Below are positions 36,768 through 49,985 of a stretch of 64,000 nt of DNA, one piece after another (the first letter of the stretch is position 1; each line of letters starts with the position of its first letter). The notes under the pieces were generated by a model. It saw nothing but the letters and a program-made list of their open reading frames with translations, did no database searches and was not told the DNA's origin. The position numbers were made by a program, and so were the translations under genes. The stretch comes from Camelus ferus (lineage: Eukaryota): assembly GCF_009834535.1 (NCBI RefSeq), contig NC_045697.1, positions 74,340,001-74,404,000 of the forward strand. Reading direction: 5' to 3'.

Positions 36768-38134
36768 GTAAATTCCGAGTAACATATGGAGGGAAACATT
36801 GGAAAACTACATAGTTCAGTTAGCTGCGTCTGGCTTATTCCTCCTCTTCGAGTTTGTAATCATTCACCCAGGTCAAATACATGGCATAGCCATTTCCTTT
36901 TTCCTCTGAACTAAACTTCTAAGATTCAGAATCTTAGGGGAAAAAAAGTAGTTAGGACCACAATACAGTTTTTTATATTTTTAAATAATTTTAAAAAGAA
37001 ATAATTATTCCACTGTTAAATAAAGTAATTAGTGAGGAAACAAGTTTAATTGTCAACATAGTTTTATACGGGAAATACCAGCTTCAGAAACTTGTTTAAC
37101 CCATTCTTTGGGAGCTTGATTTTCATCCGTTGTATCAGACTTGTAACAACAAAATTTTTTTAAAGAAAAAGATAAACCCCAAATCTGCCACCCTGATCAG
37201 ATCCTTTTCTCCCCCTGTTCTCATTAAGCCATCATTCATGAGGATGCCTAGTGCTGCAAATTCTAAAAATGCAAATACATTTTCAGTCACTTGCTTTCAC
37301 TCAATATTATATTATAAATATTTTCCCTGTTGCACATAGTTTTAAATAGCCTCATTAAAATATCACTAAAATATGATTTCATAATATTTTTAAGTAAATG
37401 TAGCATAATTTATACAATCTTTGCCAACATTTGTTAGAAGTTTGTGCTGGTTTTAGTCTTCTGTCATATTTAATCATTTCCTCACAGTGGCTGTCTTTCA
37501 GAATAAAAGTCCAGAATTTGATGTCATTTTTTTCAAAATACAAGCTGAACTGGGGCAGATTCTTTGCTTGCAAACTCTCTGGAAGTTACAAAATAATTAC
37601 AGTGATTATTCTCGGAAGAAAAAAATGTGGAAGAACTCATAGACTGGCCAGAATGACATGTAACAGAATGGTGGAAAATGGGCAGATATTATTCTTTATC
37701 TTTCTTAGAAAATAAATAGCAAAATAAAGAATACTAGGAGAAACAGGCAGATGTCTGTTTTATCACTAAGGAAAACAACAACTTCATGTTGGAGTAAGAG
37801 GAAGAAAGCTCACAGAGCAGAATCCAGGAGATGTAGAGGCAGGGATATGGTGTCTTTTTTTTTTTCCCTTCCTAACTAATGGTTCTGGGAACTTAGAGAT
37901 GTTAACTGGAAAAGGGAAGTTTTAGCTAGAATAAAAGCTGGAAAACCTTTGATATCCCAAGTTTTTTATACAAAGGGATCCAGGGCTTTTCCATAAGGAT
38001 AAGCATAAGGACAAAATAAGGACTGAACCAGGAAAGATAGAGATGAAAAGTGATTTAATTCTGCCCACCATTCTCCATCCTAACCAGTGATGGTCTCCCA
38101 CCTTCCTTGGCCTGGATGACTATTAGAAATTCTT

Positions 38135-38250
38135 GGGGAGAGGGCATGTGCTTAGCATGCACAAGGTCCTGGGTTCAATCCCCCATACCTCCATAATTAA
38201 TTAATTTTAAAAATTTAATTACTTTCCCCCTAAAAAAATTTAAAAAAAAA
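38135..38250 (+). mobile_element. tRNA-Ala-derived SINE (Vic-1 type) lacking the A box, inside an L2
   Basis: TSD agaaattctt (38125-38134) and agaaattcct (38251-38260). Body gcttagcatgcacaaggtcctgggttcaatcccc. The tatagctcagtgg segment is absent. Confidence 0.85.
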
Positions 38251-38880
38251 AGAAATTCCTAACTGCTTGCCCCGCCTTCTGCCTCACCCCCAGCAATCCA
38301 TACTGTACACTGCAGCAGTTTAACCTTCTTTTATCACCCATAATCTGGATCCTGGTACCTCTCCAGCCTCATTTCTGCCCTCTACACCCTGTCTCTCCAT
38401 CCCCACCATCACCATCACACCAGCTACACCAATTTATCCGTTCTTAAAACACACCAGATCTTTCTCACCTTGGGCCTTTGGGCATGTTTCTCTCTCTGCC
38501 TAAAGCACTTGTTCATTCGCCAGGCTACTTTCTATTCATTTTTCAGGCCTCAGTTAATATGTTACTCTTTCATAGTAAATGACTAAAGCCTCCCTTAGTC
38601 ATCAAGGCTGAGTTCTCTGATAACACATTATATGTCTTTCATTAAACACTTATCACTCACTGTATTATAATTGCCTGTTATATCACTACATCGGTAAGCG
38701 TTAGGGTTCAAGGGCCTTGTTCATTTTTGTACCATATTGTCTGGCATACTTCCTGACACAGGATAAGGATCAATATAATATCATCTATGTTATTAAAGCT
38801 ATTAAATACAGTCATAATACTTTGCCATAATGTCTAAATTATGTTACTAAATATGCCATTATTTCCCGGGTGAAATCTAG

Positions 38881-39009
38881 GTTACGTTAATAGAAAACAA
38901 GGAATTATCATTAATTCATGCTAAGAAGAGAAGTGACGAACTAGGTTTAAGCAATATTTGGTTCATTCAAGCAAATATGGAGTATTTTACAGGGATGTTT
39001 AATATTGGG
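38881..39009 (+). CDS. GSTCD: GSTCD coding exon (probably exon 8), 129 nt, phase 0 to 0: VTLIENKELSLIHAKKRSDELGLSNIWFIQANMEYFTGMFNIG
   Basis: Acceptor aaatctag|GTT, donor GGG|gtaagt. Open frame with the acidic post-beta2 residue (LIEN) typical of class I methyltransferases. Not in the ORF track. Confidence 0.95.
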
Positions 39010-41684
39010 GTAAGTAATCAAGCAATTTCAATTTCCTTAATTACTGAATAAGAAAAATGATATGCCTTAGAGTAAATAAAGGAGGTAAATTTATATTTTT
39101 GCTAAACAAGGAATTTATAACTTTTGTTTTCTACTGTCTATAAAGTATAGCATATTAATGAATATTACTGTATTCATAGCACTTCATCATTACATGGTAA
39201 GGACAATATTTGTTCCTCTACCAGATAAGAACCTGATTTTCTTCACTGCAGAATACCCAGTGCCCAAAACAATGTTTGACACATAGCAAGTACTTAAAAA
39301 TAGTTATTAATTGAATGATTTATTGAGTGAATTCTAATGAAGATGACTTCCCTTGGTTTATTCCGTATTTTTAGAAGATAATGAAAGAAAAGAAAAAGAG
39401 ACTATAATAGAAAAAAACAACTTGTTAATAACCTGTAAAAACTAGAGTTGCTTTTAGGTAATACTTTCTTTAGCAAGAATTTGAGATCTACATGTATTTT
39501 TTGCTTCTAGTTGCTAAATATATATTATATGTAAATATAATATATTCCAGTATATTGGTGATGTTTCTGAAACCTTCAGATTAAATTGTTATTGTTTGAT
39601 ATTACTAAAAAGACCAAAGATAATGTGATTCTGTCAGCTCATTTAAACCCAGAGTTACATGCTGTGGTGGAACTTTAGCATTGCTGCTGTTCTTGTATTT
39701 GTTTCAAATGATTTTTATAAGACTTATTTCTATAAGACTAAATGCTCAAAATAGAAAAATACATAGTAACATAAAAAAGAATCACCAGGATTTCTGCTAG
39801 TGAGAGATAAATACTGTTAAAACCCTTTGGTCTTTATATATTTATACACACAAACAAATGCATATTTACATATGTTAACATTGTTGAGATCATACTACAT
39901 CAATCCTGTTTTACCTGAAATTGTCATACTTTCCCTATTCATTGATCATATTTCTTTTTTGTTGTTGTTAGTATATTGTAGTTATTACTATTATGTATAT
40001 CTTATGCATCATTTAAGACTTTTGGTAACTTTGCCTAATCACTTTCCAGGAAGCTGGTGCTAATTTGCATTCCCAACTGTGTATGTTCATGTAACTTATG
40101 CAATGGGCTTGTATAGGTGGAATTCTTGTCTAATTTCAGAAGCTCAGACCTTTTGTCCAATGAAGTTCATTTCTTAAATATCAACAACTGCAAATTTGTG
40201 GAGTTTGTTGTCATTTTTACGGCCTAAACATATACAATTTATTTCCTTTGTAGACATGATCTAGATTGATTATCTCAAGCCAAGCTTATAGAAAGAGAAG
40301 TAAACTATTAAGAAAACTGTTAGTTAGGATATTCAGGAAAATACAGACATCTGATATAGCAAATTCAAATTAAATATATGTTTATTTGCAGCCTACAGTT
40401 TACATAAACGCCAAGGTTAAGGATAAATCTTCTCCCACGAAATGAGCCATTAAACGGATGCCCATGTTACCAATACACCAGGCAGAATGTAATAAGGTGG
40501 CAAGATAGTGCTGCCTGTTTACTCACCTCTCAGATCACAAAATTCCCAGCCCGTCAACCATGCATCTCTTTAGCTGCCTGTGACTTAAAGGTGCTAAATC
40601 ATTCTGGCATATTCTTGTAACTTTCAAGGTCATATAATTCACTAACTCCAGCTAACAATGTATATGTCTTTTGGGAAGTAATATTTCCTCTTATATTTCA
40701 TAATAATATATCCATAATGGTTTTTTTCTTTCATAATTACCTTTGTCAAGATATATGGAAAATGAATTAAAATTACTTGAAGAATTAAACTGAAATGAGG
40801 TTTACTCTCAAGAGTATAATTTGCCTAGGAGGATAATTGAAGTTTTGTCACTAGATAAATCAAACTAAATGCACCAGTGACTCTAACTCTTGTATTAAAT
40901 AGATTCCAGTGAAAATACTGTAGCTAGAGTGCAAATCAGAATAACCAGGTATTGGAAATGCATTCAAACTCCATAAATTCACATTTTTGTGGTATTTCAA
41001 GTAAGGGTTTAGCTAGCATTTATCTTTGCTTAGTAAATGCCTTTTTCTTTCACTATTTTTCTTTAGATATAAAAATTAATGATGTAAACAAGATTTTAAG
41101 GGGGGAATTTTAAAGTTTTGAACCAACTATCTTTAGGAACTTTAAACAAACCAATTCTATATAAGAATTGAAATACTAATTATTGGTCTTATCTCTGTTA
41201 GTACAACGTATCAGGCAAAAATGAATAGATTTACTGACTTTTGTTAAACTAGTTTGATTTGAAATAATGGGAGAGAACAAATCTAATTATTTTCAGATTT
41301 TTCAGCAAGGTCTTCCATTACCCCCACAGGCTATGCTTTCCCCATATAACCAGAATCAATTAGGTAATACTGGGTTCCAAAGAGTTATTTTGTAGTTTCT
41401 GATTTACACTGTGCTTATTTGAGAAATATATTTCTTTAGAAATACAGATGTCTAATAAGCTTATAAAAACATTCAAAGTCTGTAGTAACCAAAAGCATTT
41501 CAACTTGAATGCTCTTCCATTCTTGCTCTTAATATTTGCAAAGATTTTGAAAATATTATTACTCATTGATTGCAAGACTTCAGTAGGGTGAGGGGGTTAA
41601 TCATACAGGATCTTTGAAATTTTTCATTTACATGATATTTGTAATGATTTATTAATAACATGAAATGTTATGGTAAACAGAGAA

Positions 41685-41910
41685 AATAATTAAACATAAT
41701 GGTTAAGAGTATGGATTTTAACATTGAGTTTAATTTGTGCTAAAGGAAGCCTTAGCTTAGCCATTTACTAGTTGTATGACCTTGGGCAACTTATTTAAAC
41801 TCATTGATCCTCAGTCTTCTCATCTATGAAATAGGTGTAAAATATCTGGCTCTTAGGATGTTGATACAATGTATGTGAAGCACTTAGCAGATTTCCTAGC
41901 ATTTAGGAAG
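41685..41910 (+). mobile_element. MIR SINE
   Basis: ccatttactagttgtatgaccttgggcaacttatttaaactc...cctcagtcttctcatctatgaaatagg...aagcacttagca. Confidence 0.8.
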
Positions 41911-42483
41911 TACCATATTAAAAAACTGGGCCTCTTTTTACTCTGTGCAGTGCAATCTCAACCATATGAAAACTGCACTAAAAAGGATTGGAGGAAATTA
42001 TGCTAATAGGTATTTTTTTCAGGTGGCTGTCTCTATATACTTTGTAATAATATTTTTCTTTATCCAGAATTTTCAAAAATTCCACATTTAACATACTACT
42101 ATTTTATCATCATAATAATATAAGCAATAAAAATAGAAGAAATAAATATATGTGCTTAATATTTTATAGATAAATACCTGGCTTATTTAACCAAGAAAGG
42201 CTAATAGGACCCTAAGGGTTACTACCAGGTATCTAAAAGAATTCTGAAAATAGTGTGTATATATATATACACACACACACACATATGTATATGATTTCTT
42301 TCAAAACAAGTATTTGATTATTATAGAAATACCTTTTAATTGACTTACTCTGATTTTGATTATAATGGCTATTAATGTCCTAAGGAAAATATGAAAGTTT
42401 TTTCAAAATTAAGAAACATCCAAGAAAGTTTGTTTTTTCCTTCTAGTTTCAATACCTGTAGCTATATGACCCTGAATTGAGTA

Positions 42484-42825
42484 TGTTATGGATTGAATGT
42501 TTGTGCCCTTCCCCCACCCTGCCCCATTTAAAAAAAAAATGTATATGTTGAATTCCTAACCCCTAATGTGATGATATTAGGAGGTGGGGCTTTTGAGAGG
42601 TAATTAGGTCATGAGCGTGGAGCTCTCCTGAATGGAATCAGTGACTTTATAAGAAGAGAAAAGAGCTTGCTTCCTCGCTCAGCTTTCCATCATGTGATAA
42701 CTGGCCAACTGCAAACTCACCATCAGAACTGCCAGCACCCTAATCTTGGACTTCCCAGCCTTACAACTGAGAGGAATAAATGTCTGCTGTTTAAGCCACC
42801 AAGCTTATGATAATTTTTTAAGAGA
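42484..42825 (+). mobile_element. MLT1A-like MaLR solo LTR
   Basis: tgttatggattgaatgtttgtg...cctaacccctaatgtgatgatattaggaggtggggc...ttggacttcccagcc...aataaatgtctgctgtttaagccacc. Confidence 0.88.
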
Positions 42826-43548
42826 TATATATCAATTACCATACCCTTAAAGGGTAACTTAGAAGATTGCTTTAAAAGTGGACTTTTTAAGGCTATTTCT
42901 TTAAAGAAGTCTATTATTGCCTTCTTGTCTAGTGCAAGATAAATAATTTTTATTATTGTTAAAGCTTACTTTACAAGATTTTACTTTTTAAGACCTAATT
43001 TATAATGTGTTATTATTGATACCTATGCTCTCAAACAATATAACAGAAACCTTGTTGTCAAACAGTATTACTGAAAGAGCCATGACTATGGAAAAACACA
43101 CTTTGCATTAAGAAACAAGAGCTGTGTCAATGCTAAACAACCTGCCCACCAAAATGTTTCAGTTGGATAACTTCAGTAGTAACATAGACTCATCTCAACC
43201 AGGTGATGAGGCATTGATTTCTAACAGTATTGGTGAATATTTTCGATTTATCAACATATATCAAGATCTCTAAAAAGTTTATTTTTGAGTTCTGTATTTA
43301 CTTTTTTATTTTTTATCCATACAATTGTAATATGATTGTTTATGGTTTATCAGTGCTGAGTGCTTAATTACAAGCTCACTTCTAGTTAATGTGTATTAGT
43401 GTACAATTAGAAGCAACATATGCAATTGTAGAAGATAATTCAGTAACATTTTTGATGAATGATTTAAATCTTTGTTTTAGAAGCAGAGGAATTTGAGAAA
43501 TTATATATTCTGCAAACACAATTTTTAAAAAATCTTTAGGATAATGTA

Positions 43549-44207
43549 GGACTTCCCAGGTGAACACGGCAGATAGAGATATTTCAACTCTCTTCTCCTC
43601 AAGAAAGATCAGACCCCCAAATAACAAAGAGAACAAGAACCAGAAAAATCATATTCCATCTTTGATAAAGCAGTGTTCAAGGTTCTGTTACTTGAACTAC
43701 AGTATTTGAAGACAGAATGAAGACTGAAGAAATAAATTATTGAGTAGAGAAGAGGAAGATCACCCTTAAATGCCTGGTGAGAGGGAGTGTCAGGAGGGCT
43801 AGCAGGAAGCAGGTCACTTTGCTCTCGCAGAATCCCAGAAAATTTCAGGACTTCAGGACACCAGACACCTCAGATGAAGGGGATAAGAAGGAGCTGAAAT
43901 CATGTTTAATTAAAATTTTTATTTAGAGACCCAGATGCCCACCCCCACCTTGTGTAGATAAGTGACTGTTTCCCCCTGATTCCTGCAAGAGACCAGAAGT
44001 TTATTCTATAAGAAAAGTATAACAGACTTTCCAAGTATAGGGAAAAAGAGGGCAAGGATGATGTCACACTGAAAATAAGAACTGAGTGCCTTTAATTCCA
44101 GAATTCCTTCAGAAGCTAGAATCATCTCTTCAGTCAAAGAGATTATAAGATCCTCCACTACAGAATCAGAACTGTCCGTAGAGAGAACAACTACAAATTC
44201 TGTAGCT

Positions 44208-44238
<31 letters not shown>

Positions 44239-45835
44239 AGCCAGCTGGCCACCTGATCATCTAATCACGAGGGAAACCCACCAGTCTTCAACCCTTTCAC
44301 TCAGAACCTCCAATCAACATTTTAATGATTCACTTTTTTATATGAACTGACAGCCAAGGAATATCAAACATGGAAACTTCCAAAATAGAAAAATCCAAAG
44401 CAACAAACACGACAAAGTGTCTTATTCAGGAGAGATCAGAGAAGATAGTGCATTAAGGAAACAAGGACAGAATGAAAAAGAAAAAGAAATGAACCATCAG
44501 AGAATAAGAAAGAACTTCTTGGAAACTGAAAATATGTTGACCAAAATAAAAAGCAAGTAGAAAATCTAAAAGGTCAAATGTAGATCATCATTTGAAAAAA
44601 AAAAAAAAGACAAGAAAAAAAAAAGACATAGAAATAACAACTGAAAGAAGCATTAAAAAAAAAAAATAGAGATTTAGTCCATGAATCCAATACCTCAGTA
44701 ACAGGAGGACCAGAAAGAGAAAGCAGATAAAATGGTGGGGAGGAAAATATCAAAGAACTAATATAAGACAATGTGTCAGTAATGAAGGTTGTGTTTCTCT
44801 TGACTGAAAAAAGCCCACTTGAGAAATGATCTAAAGCAAGAAACACTATTGTGGGGGGAAAAAAGAAGCATCGTGATATAAAGAAGTTCCTAACACTCTC
44901 CAGAGAGAAAAAACAAAAAGGTCACGTACAGAAAATTTGGAATCAAAATGCCATCACACTTCTCAGTAGCAACATGGAAGACTAGAAGGCAGTGAAGCAA
45001 TGCCTTCAAAATTCTAAAGGAAAGTTTCCAACATAAAATTTTACACCTGACCAGTCAATCAATCATGTATGAAAGTAATAAAGAAAATGTCCAGGTCTCA
45101 AGAAAATGTACACCAGGAAACTACAAAGAAGACGTGCTTCACCAATACAAGAGAGTAAATAATAAAGAGGGATAAAGTGGTCTCCAACACTGAGCAGGTA
45201 TTGAGAGTTCCCTGTATGACGGCAAAAGGACCAGAGCTCGGCCGCAGGCCTATAAAGCATTGAGTCCATATTTTAATAAAGGCCAAAAGGCTCAGAAAAG
45301 ATGTCTTTAGGAAAGAAAAATGGAACTGGCCAATTATTTGACAATTTTCACACAGTGGAAAATAGTACCATAGGGCATTTTACAGGGCTTTTGGGCAGGG
45401 AAAGTCTTGGATGTTAAAAAAAAAAAAAATTGTACAGCATACTTATTTCAGCAGTGAACTATATATACAGTTATCTACAAAGCAATAATAATAAAAACAG
45501 TGCATGAACACAACTAAAAGAGAATGGGAAAAAGGAAAAGGTATATCAAATATGCAAGAAAAAAACCTCATCTTCCATAACAGAAAATCAATAGATAATG
45601 TCTAGTATTTCCAAATCAAGAGAGTAATATACATTTATTGTATAGAAAAACACAGATGGATTTCAGGAAAGAAAACAAATGAGTTGAAAAGCATTAGCTT
45701 TGGACACCAGATTTTCCTTTGCGGTGGAGAAGTGTATGTAGACCAAGGGACTCTTTTTATAATTACATGCCTTTTAGCATTATCTGAATTTTAAAGCCAA
45801 TTACATATAATATAATTGCATGAAAGTTTTTTAAA
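43549..45835 (+). mobile_element. HAL1 (half-L1)-like element, near full length, degenerate
   Basis: 5' UTR-like start, decayed ORF1-like region (about 44450-45120, with REK..VTY and ..ATxEARRQW.NAFK.L-like remnants), then a HAL1-type 3' end with no recognisable ORF2. Confidence 0.6.
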
Positions 45836-46622
45836 GAGGGGGAACATGAGTGCGCAACTGGGACCAAGCTTGCTTCTGTTTAAGATATCTGGTTAAGAAT
45901 ACCTCTTTGAGAAGCAAAGGCTCAGAGCATGAATGGGCTGGGGCAAATTTAGAGATCATTCAGTTCAACCTTCTCATGTTATAAACACAGAAGTTGAGGC
46001 TCCACCTGGGGAAGACGAACACAGCAAGAAAAAAAAAATTAGATGCATTTCTCTTTGTTGTTTCCTTCCTTTATCACTTCCTTTATGTGTAACCAGCACA
46101 TATTTCATTCCTCCTTCTCACAAATCAGTGGCAAACCTAAGAGTGATACCCAGAAATTCTTCATTAAAAAAGACAGTCTCTAAGGCCCCTTCTAGCTCCA
46201 AGTATGCTGGTCAGTGAAGGCGTGGCATCATATAATGGAAAGCCTGTGAGCTTTGGGGTCAGACCTGGATCCAGAGATTATCTGACCATGGTGACACTGG
46301 ACATGTTTTTGCAAGAGACAATAAGATCTATTTAAAGTGTTAAATTTCTTTAAAAAAAAAAAAAAAAAAGAATTAAGTGATTAAATCAAGAAAATAAAAT
46401 CTGTGTAAAGATTTTGACATCTAGCAGATATTGGATACATGCTAGTTCTCTGTGGTGGTGTAATTCCAGAAGATAGTAGGACCAATGAGATGAATAAAAT
46501 GAGAAGGAGTATACAGTAGTCCCCACCCTGTACCTCTGGTTTTGCTTTCCTCAGTTTCAGTTACCTGAGGTCAACCATGGTCCAAAATTATTGAACGGAA
46601 AATTCCAAAGAAAAGAATTCAT

Positions 46623-46775
46623 GGGGCGGAGGGTATAGCTCAAGTGGAAGAGCACATGCTTAGCATGCATGAGGTCCTGGGTTCAATTCCCAGTACTCGC
46701 TCTAAACATAAAGAAGTAAATAAACCTAATTATCCCCACCCCAAATAATAAAAATAAAGAAAGAAAAGTAAAGCA
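46623..46775 (+). mobile_element. tRNA-Ala-derived SINE (Vic-1 type) nested in the MER44-like element
   Basis: gggtatagctcaagtggaagagcacatgcttagcatgcatgaggtcctgggttcaattccc. TSD-like aaagaattcat / aaacaattcat. Confidence 0.88.
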
Positions 46776-46898
46776 AACAATTCATAAGTTTGAAAGTCTG
46801 CACTCTCCTGCTCCCGCCAGCCCAGGACATGAATCATCTCTTTGTTATGTGCATCCACCCTGTATACACTCTCCCCCTATACCCAGGAAAAAACACTA

Positions 46899-47113
46899 CA
46901 AATGACCCCTGAACAACATGGATTGAACTGCAGGGGTCCACTTATACTTATTTTTTCAATAAATATATACTGCAGTCTACATGATCTGTGGTTGACTGAA
47001 TCCACAGATGTGGAACCATGGACAAGGAGGGCCAATTATAAAGCTATACTCAGATTTTCAACTGCATGGGGGGGTCGGTGTCCCTAACTTCCACATGGTG
47101 TAAAGGTCATCTG
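46899..47113 (+). mobile_element. MER8/Tigger2-type MITE nested in the MER44-like element
   Basis: TIR-like ends caaatgacccctgaacaac ... atggtgtaaaggtcatctg, preceded by TA. Confidence 0.8.
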
Positions 47114-47336
47114 TGTTATAGAGTTTGGTACCATCCTTGGTTTCAGGCATCCACTGAGGGTCTTAGAACACATCCTCTGCGGGTAAGCAGAGGCTGTTGT
47201 ATTTGTATAGAGGAGTTATCTAGAATGGGAGGCCCCAAACCTTCTGAGTTGGGATCCTTAATTTGTTATGTCACCTGAAACAAGTTACTTAACCTCTCTG
47301 GGCTTCAATTTCCTCATCTTAAAATAGTACCCACTT

Positions 47337-47443
47337 AGATATTTGTATACTCATGTTCATAGCAGCACTATTCACAATACCAGAGGTGGAAGCAGCCCAG
47401 ATGTCCATGGATGGATGAATAGATAAACAAAATGTGGGGGTGG

Positions 47444-47475
<32 letters not shown>

Positions 47476-48190
47476 ATAGTTGTCCCTTGGGACCCCCTCA
47501 CATACCAAAATCCAAGGATGCTCTAGTCCCTTATAAAAAAAAATGGCATAATATCTGCATATAACCTATACACATTCTTTTATATACTTTAAATCATCTC
47601 TAGATTACTTATAATACCTAATACAATGTAAATATTTTGAAAATAGTTGTAGGTACAATATAAATACTAAGTACCTAGTTGCCGGTGCATGGCAGATTCA
47701 AGTTTTGCCTTTTGGAACTTCCTGGAATTTTTTTTAAAATATTTTCAATTTGGTTGAATTGAATTTGCAAGTGCAGAACCTGCAGATTTGGAGAGGTAAG
47801 TGTATACAATGGAATGTTATTCAGCCTTTAAAAAGATGAAAATCCTATCAAATGCTACAATATGGATGCAATTTATGGATTATACTAAGTGAAATAAACC
47901 AGTCACAAAAAGACAAATAATGTATGATTCCACTTATATGATGTAACTAAAACAGGCACATTCATAGAAACAGAAAGTAGATTAGTGGTTACCAGGGGCT
48001 GGGGGGAGGGAGAAAAGGGAAGCTGTTGTTCAGTAGGTTCAGAGTTTCAGTTTTGCAAGGTGAAAAAATTCTGAAGATCTGTTTCACAACAATGTGAGTA
48101 TACTTAACACTACTGGACTGTATGCTTAAAAATGGTTAAGACTATAAACTTTATGTTCTGGTTTTTTTAACCACAGTAGGTTAAAAAAAT
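47337..48190 (+). mobile_element. L1MB-like 3' end inserted into a MIR, with TSD
   Basis: TSD tagtacccactt (47325-47336) and tagtacctactt (48191-48202). L1 ORF2-end and 3' UTR motifs (atgttcatagcagcactattcacaata, aagtgaaataaaccagtcacaaaaagacaaata). Confidence 0.85.
47477..47802 (+). mobile_element. MER2B-like Tigger MITE nested in the L1
   Basis: TA-flanked. ataccaaaatccaaggatgctctagtcccttata...tttaaatcatctctagattacttataatacctaatacaatgtaaat...ttcaagttttgccttttggaac. Confidence 0.85.
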
Positions 48191-48389
48191 TAGTACCTAC
48201 TTCATAGGGTTGTTGTGTGTTAAACAAGTAAACACATGGAAAGCACTTAGCATATGCACTTATCATTATTCAGTAATATTAAATTTATAGTAGTATTATT
48301 ATCAGTATCATTCCCTATTTCATGAAAATGCCTTCTATATTTTCCAGTTTTCAAAGTGCATTGGTTATCTACCAAAAGTGATCAGTTAA

Positions 48390-49985
48390 GCTTTTTTTTT
48401 AATATAAGTATTATCAACTCATCAATTTAATGTTTGAAATACTTCAGTCCATTGACATTATTGTTCTCATTGATGCTCAAATATTCCCATCTTTGTTCAG
48501 TGGGAGCCTCTTGGGTTGGCTCCTGAGTCTTTTTGACAAGGCTTCAATAGTATTTGATAGTATCCATGGTTTCAGAACAACAAGGTGTTCCAGCTCATCT
48601 TATGTATTTCCTACCTCATGTCTGACATCAGCTGTGTCTCCAGAGAGCTCTAAATTCTTTTTAGAGCAAATGCTATTATTTACCACATTCTAAGCACTAA
48701 GGATGGTTATTGCTACTGGTTTGGTCTTTGTTTCTAGGCTTTTCTGAGCTAGGCAATACCTTTTTTTTTTTTAAACAAAATCTTCATAGGTTCATACTGA
48801 TAATTCCAACTTAAATTCTGTACTGTGGGATTTTAACTTAGCCTTACTTATCCATCTCTTATCTCATCTTTCTCTTATGCTAAAAAGAAAAATTTTTTCC
48901 TAGTAGCATGTTTCTTAATTTATCTCACAATATACATGTTAGAGTCCTAAAAACAACACAACCGCCAATGATGATTACTGAAAATAGTTTGAGAATTTTT
49001 AAACGTTATTTGTCATTCAGTGACACCATCCATGGCCACGTATGGAGACAGTCCTCATTCTTTTTTAGAGCTGCAGAGTAGTCTGTTACATTTATTCCAC
49101 CAATGCTCTGTCAATGGAAAATTGACTTGTTTCCATTTTGTTGTTATTTCATATATTGCCTCAATGAATAACTGTTTTTTTTTTTATTTCTGCCATGTGT
49201 CCTTTGGATAGACTTTTACTAATGAGAACACAAATTCCTAAATTTCTCCTCCAAAGGATTGTAACATTTTTGTATTCCCACCAGCAATATATTTGATGGT
49301 GTCTGTTCTCCCACAGCCTAGCCAAATTTTAGGATTTTTGCTACTTTATTGGTGATAAGTAGTATCTTAATAGAATTTCAATGCTGATTTCTCTTATTTC
49401 GAACAATATTAAACAATTTCGGTTTAAGGCCTATTTACATATTATTGTTTGTGAATTGTCCAAATCTTTTGCCCATTTTACTGTGAGATCATTGGGCTTT
49501 TTCTTTATTTTTAGCAGCTTGTTGTATGTTAGGGATATTGTCCCTTTTGCTATGAATTGCAAATCTTTTTCTCACTTTATCATTTGCGTTTTTACATACA
49601 GTTTTTGGTTTTCTGACATATGAAAGTTTTTTTTTTATTTGTACTGTGACATATTCATTAACCTTACCCCTTATTGCATGTGGACTCTCAGACATAGTCA
49701 GGAAATTATTTCCCATTCCCCTAGGTTGTGGAGGAATTAATGTATTTTTTTGTTTGTTAATTTGTTTTTGCATGTTAAAGCTCTAATCCATTTGAAATGT
49801 ATGTGTGGTGAGAGGAAAGGATCTAATTTTATTTTTTATATAGCTATCAGGTTAACTCAACATCACGTATTAAAAAGTCCATTTTCCCCCACATCGTTTG
49901 AAGTGTCACCTTTGTTGTATGCTAAATTTCCATATCCAAGTGGTTCCATTGATCTGTATCTCTCTTCATTATTTGCCGGTTATTC
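48390..49985 (-). mobile_element. Old L1 fragments (L1MC/L1ME-like), antisense
   Basis: T-rich strand with reverse L1 motifs (attcccaccagcaata, tctttttgcccattt, ctctaatccatttgaa). Confidence 0.7.

Larger units (their letters stand above)
46514..47199 (+). mobile_element. MER44A-like Tigger MITE hosting two nested insertions
   Basis: TA|cagtagtcccc...gtttcagttacctgaggtcaaccatggtcc at the 5' end; ggtttcaggcatccactgagggtcttagaac...ctgttg|TA at the 3' end. Confidence 0.85.

Noticed and set aside
36323..36782. ORFs 36323-36610 and 36531-36782 as stand-alone genes
   Set aside because: Only the portions bounded by splice sites are coding. The rest is intronic read-through.
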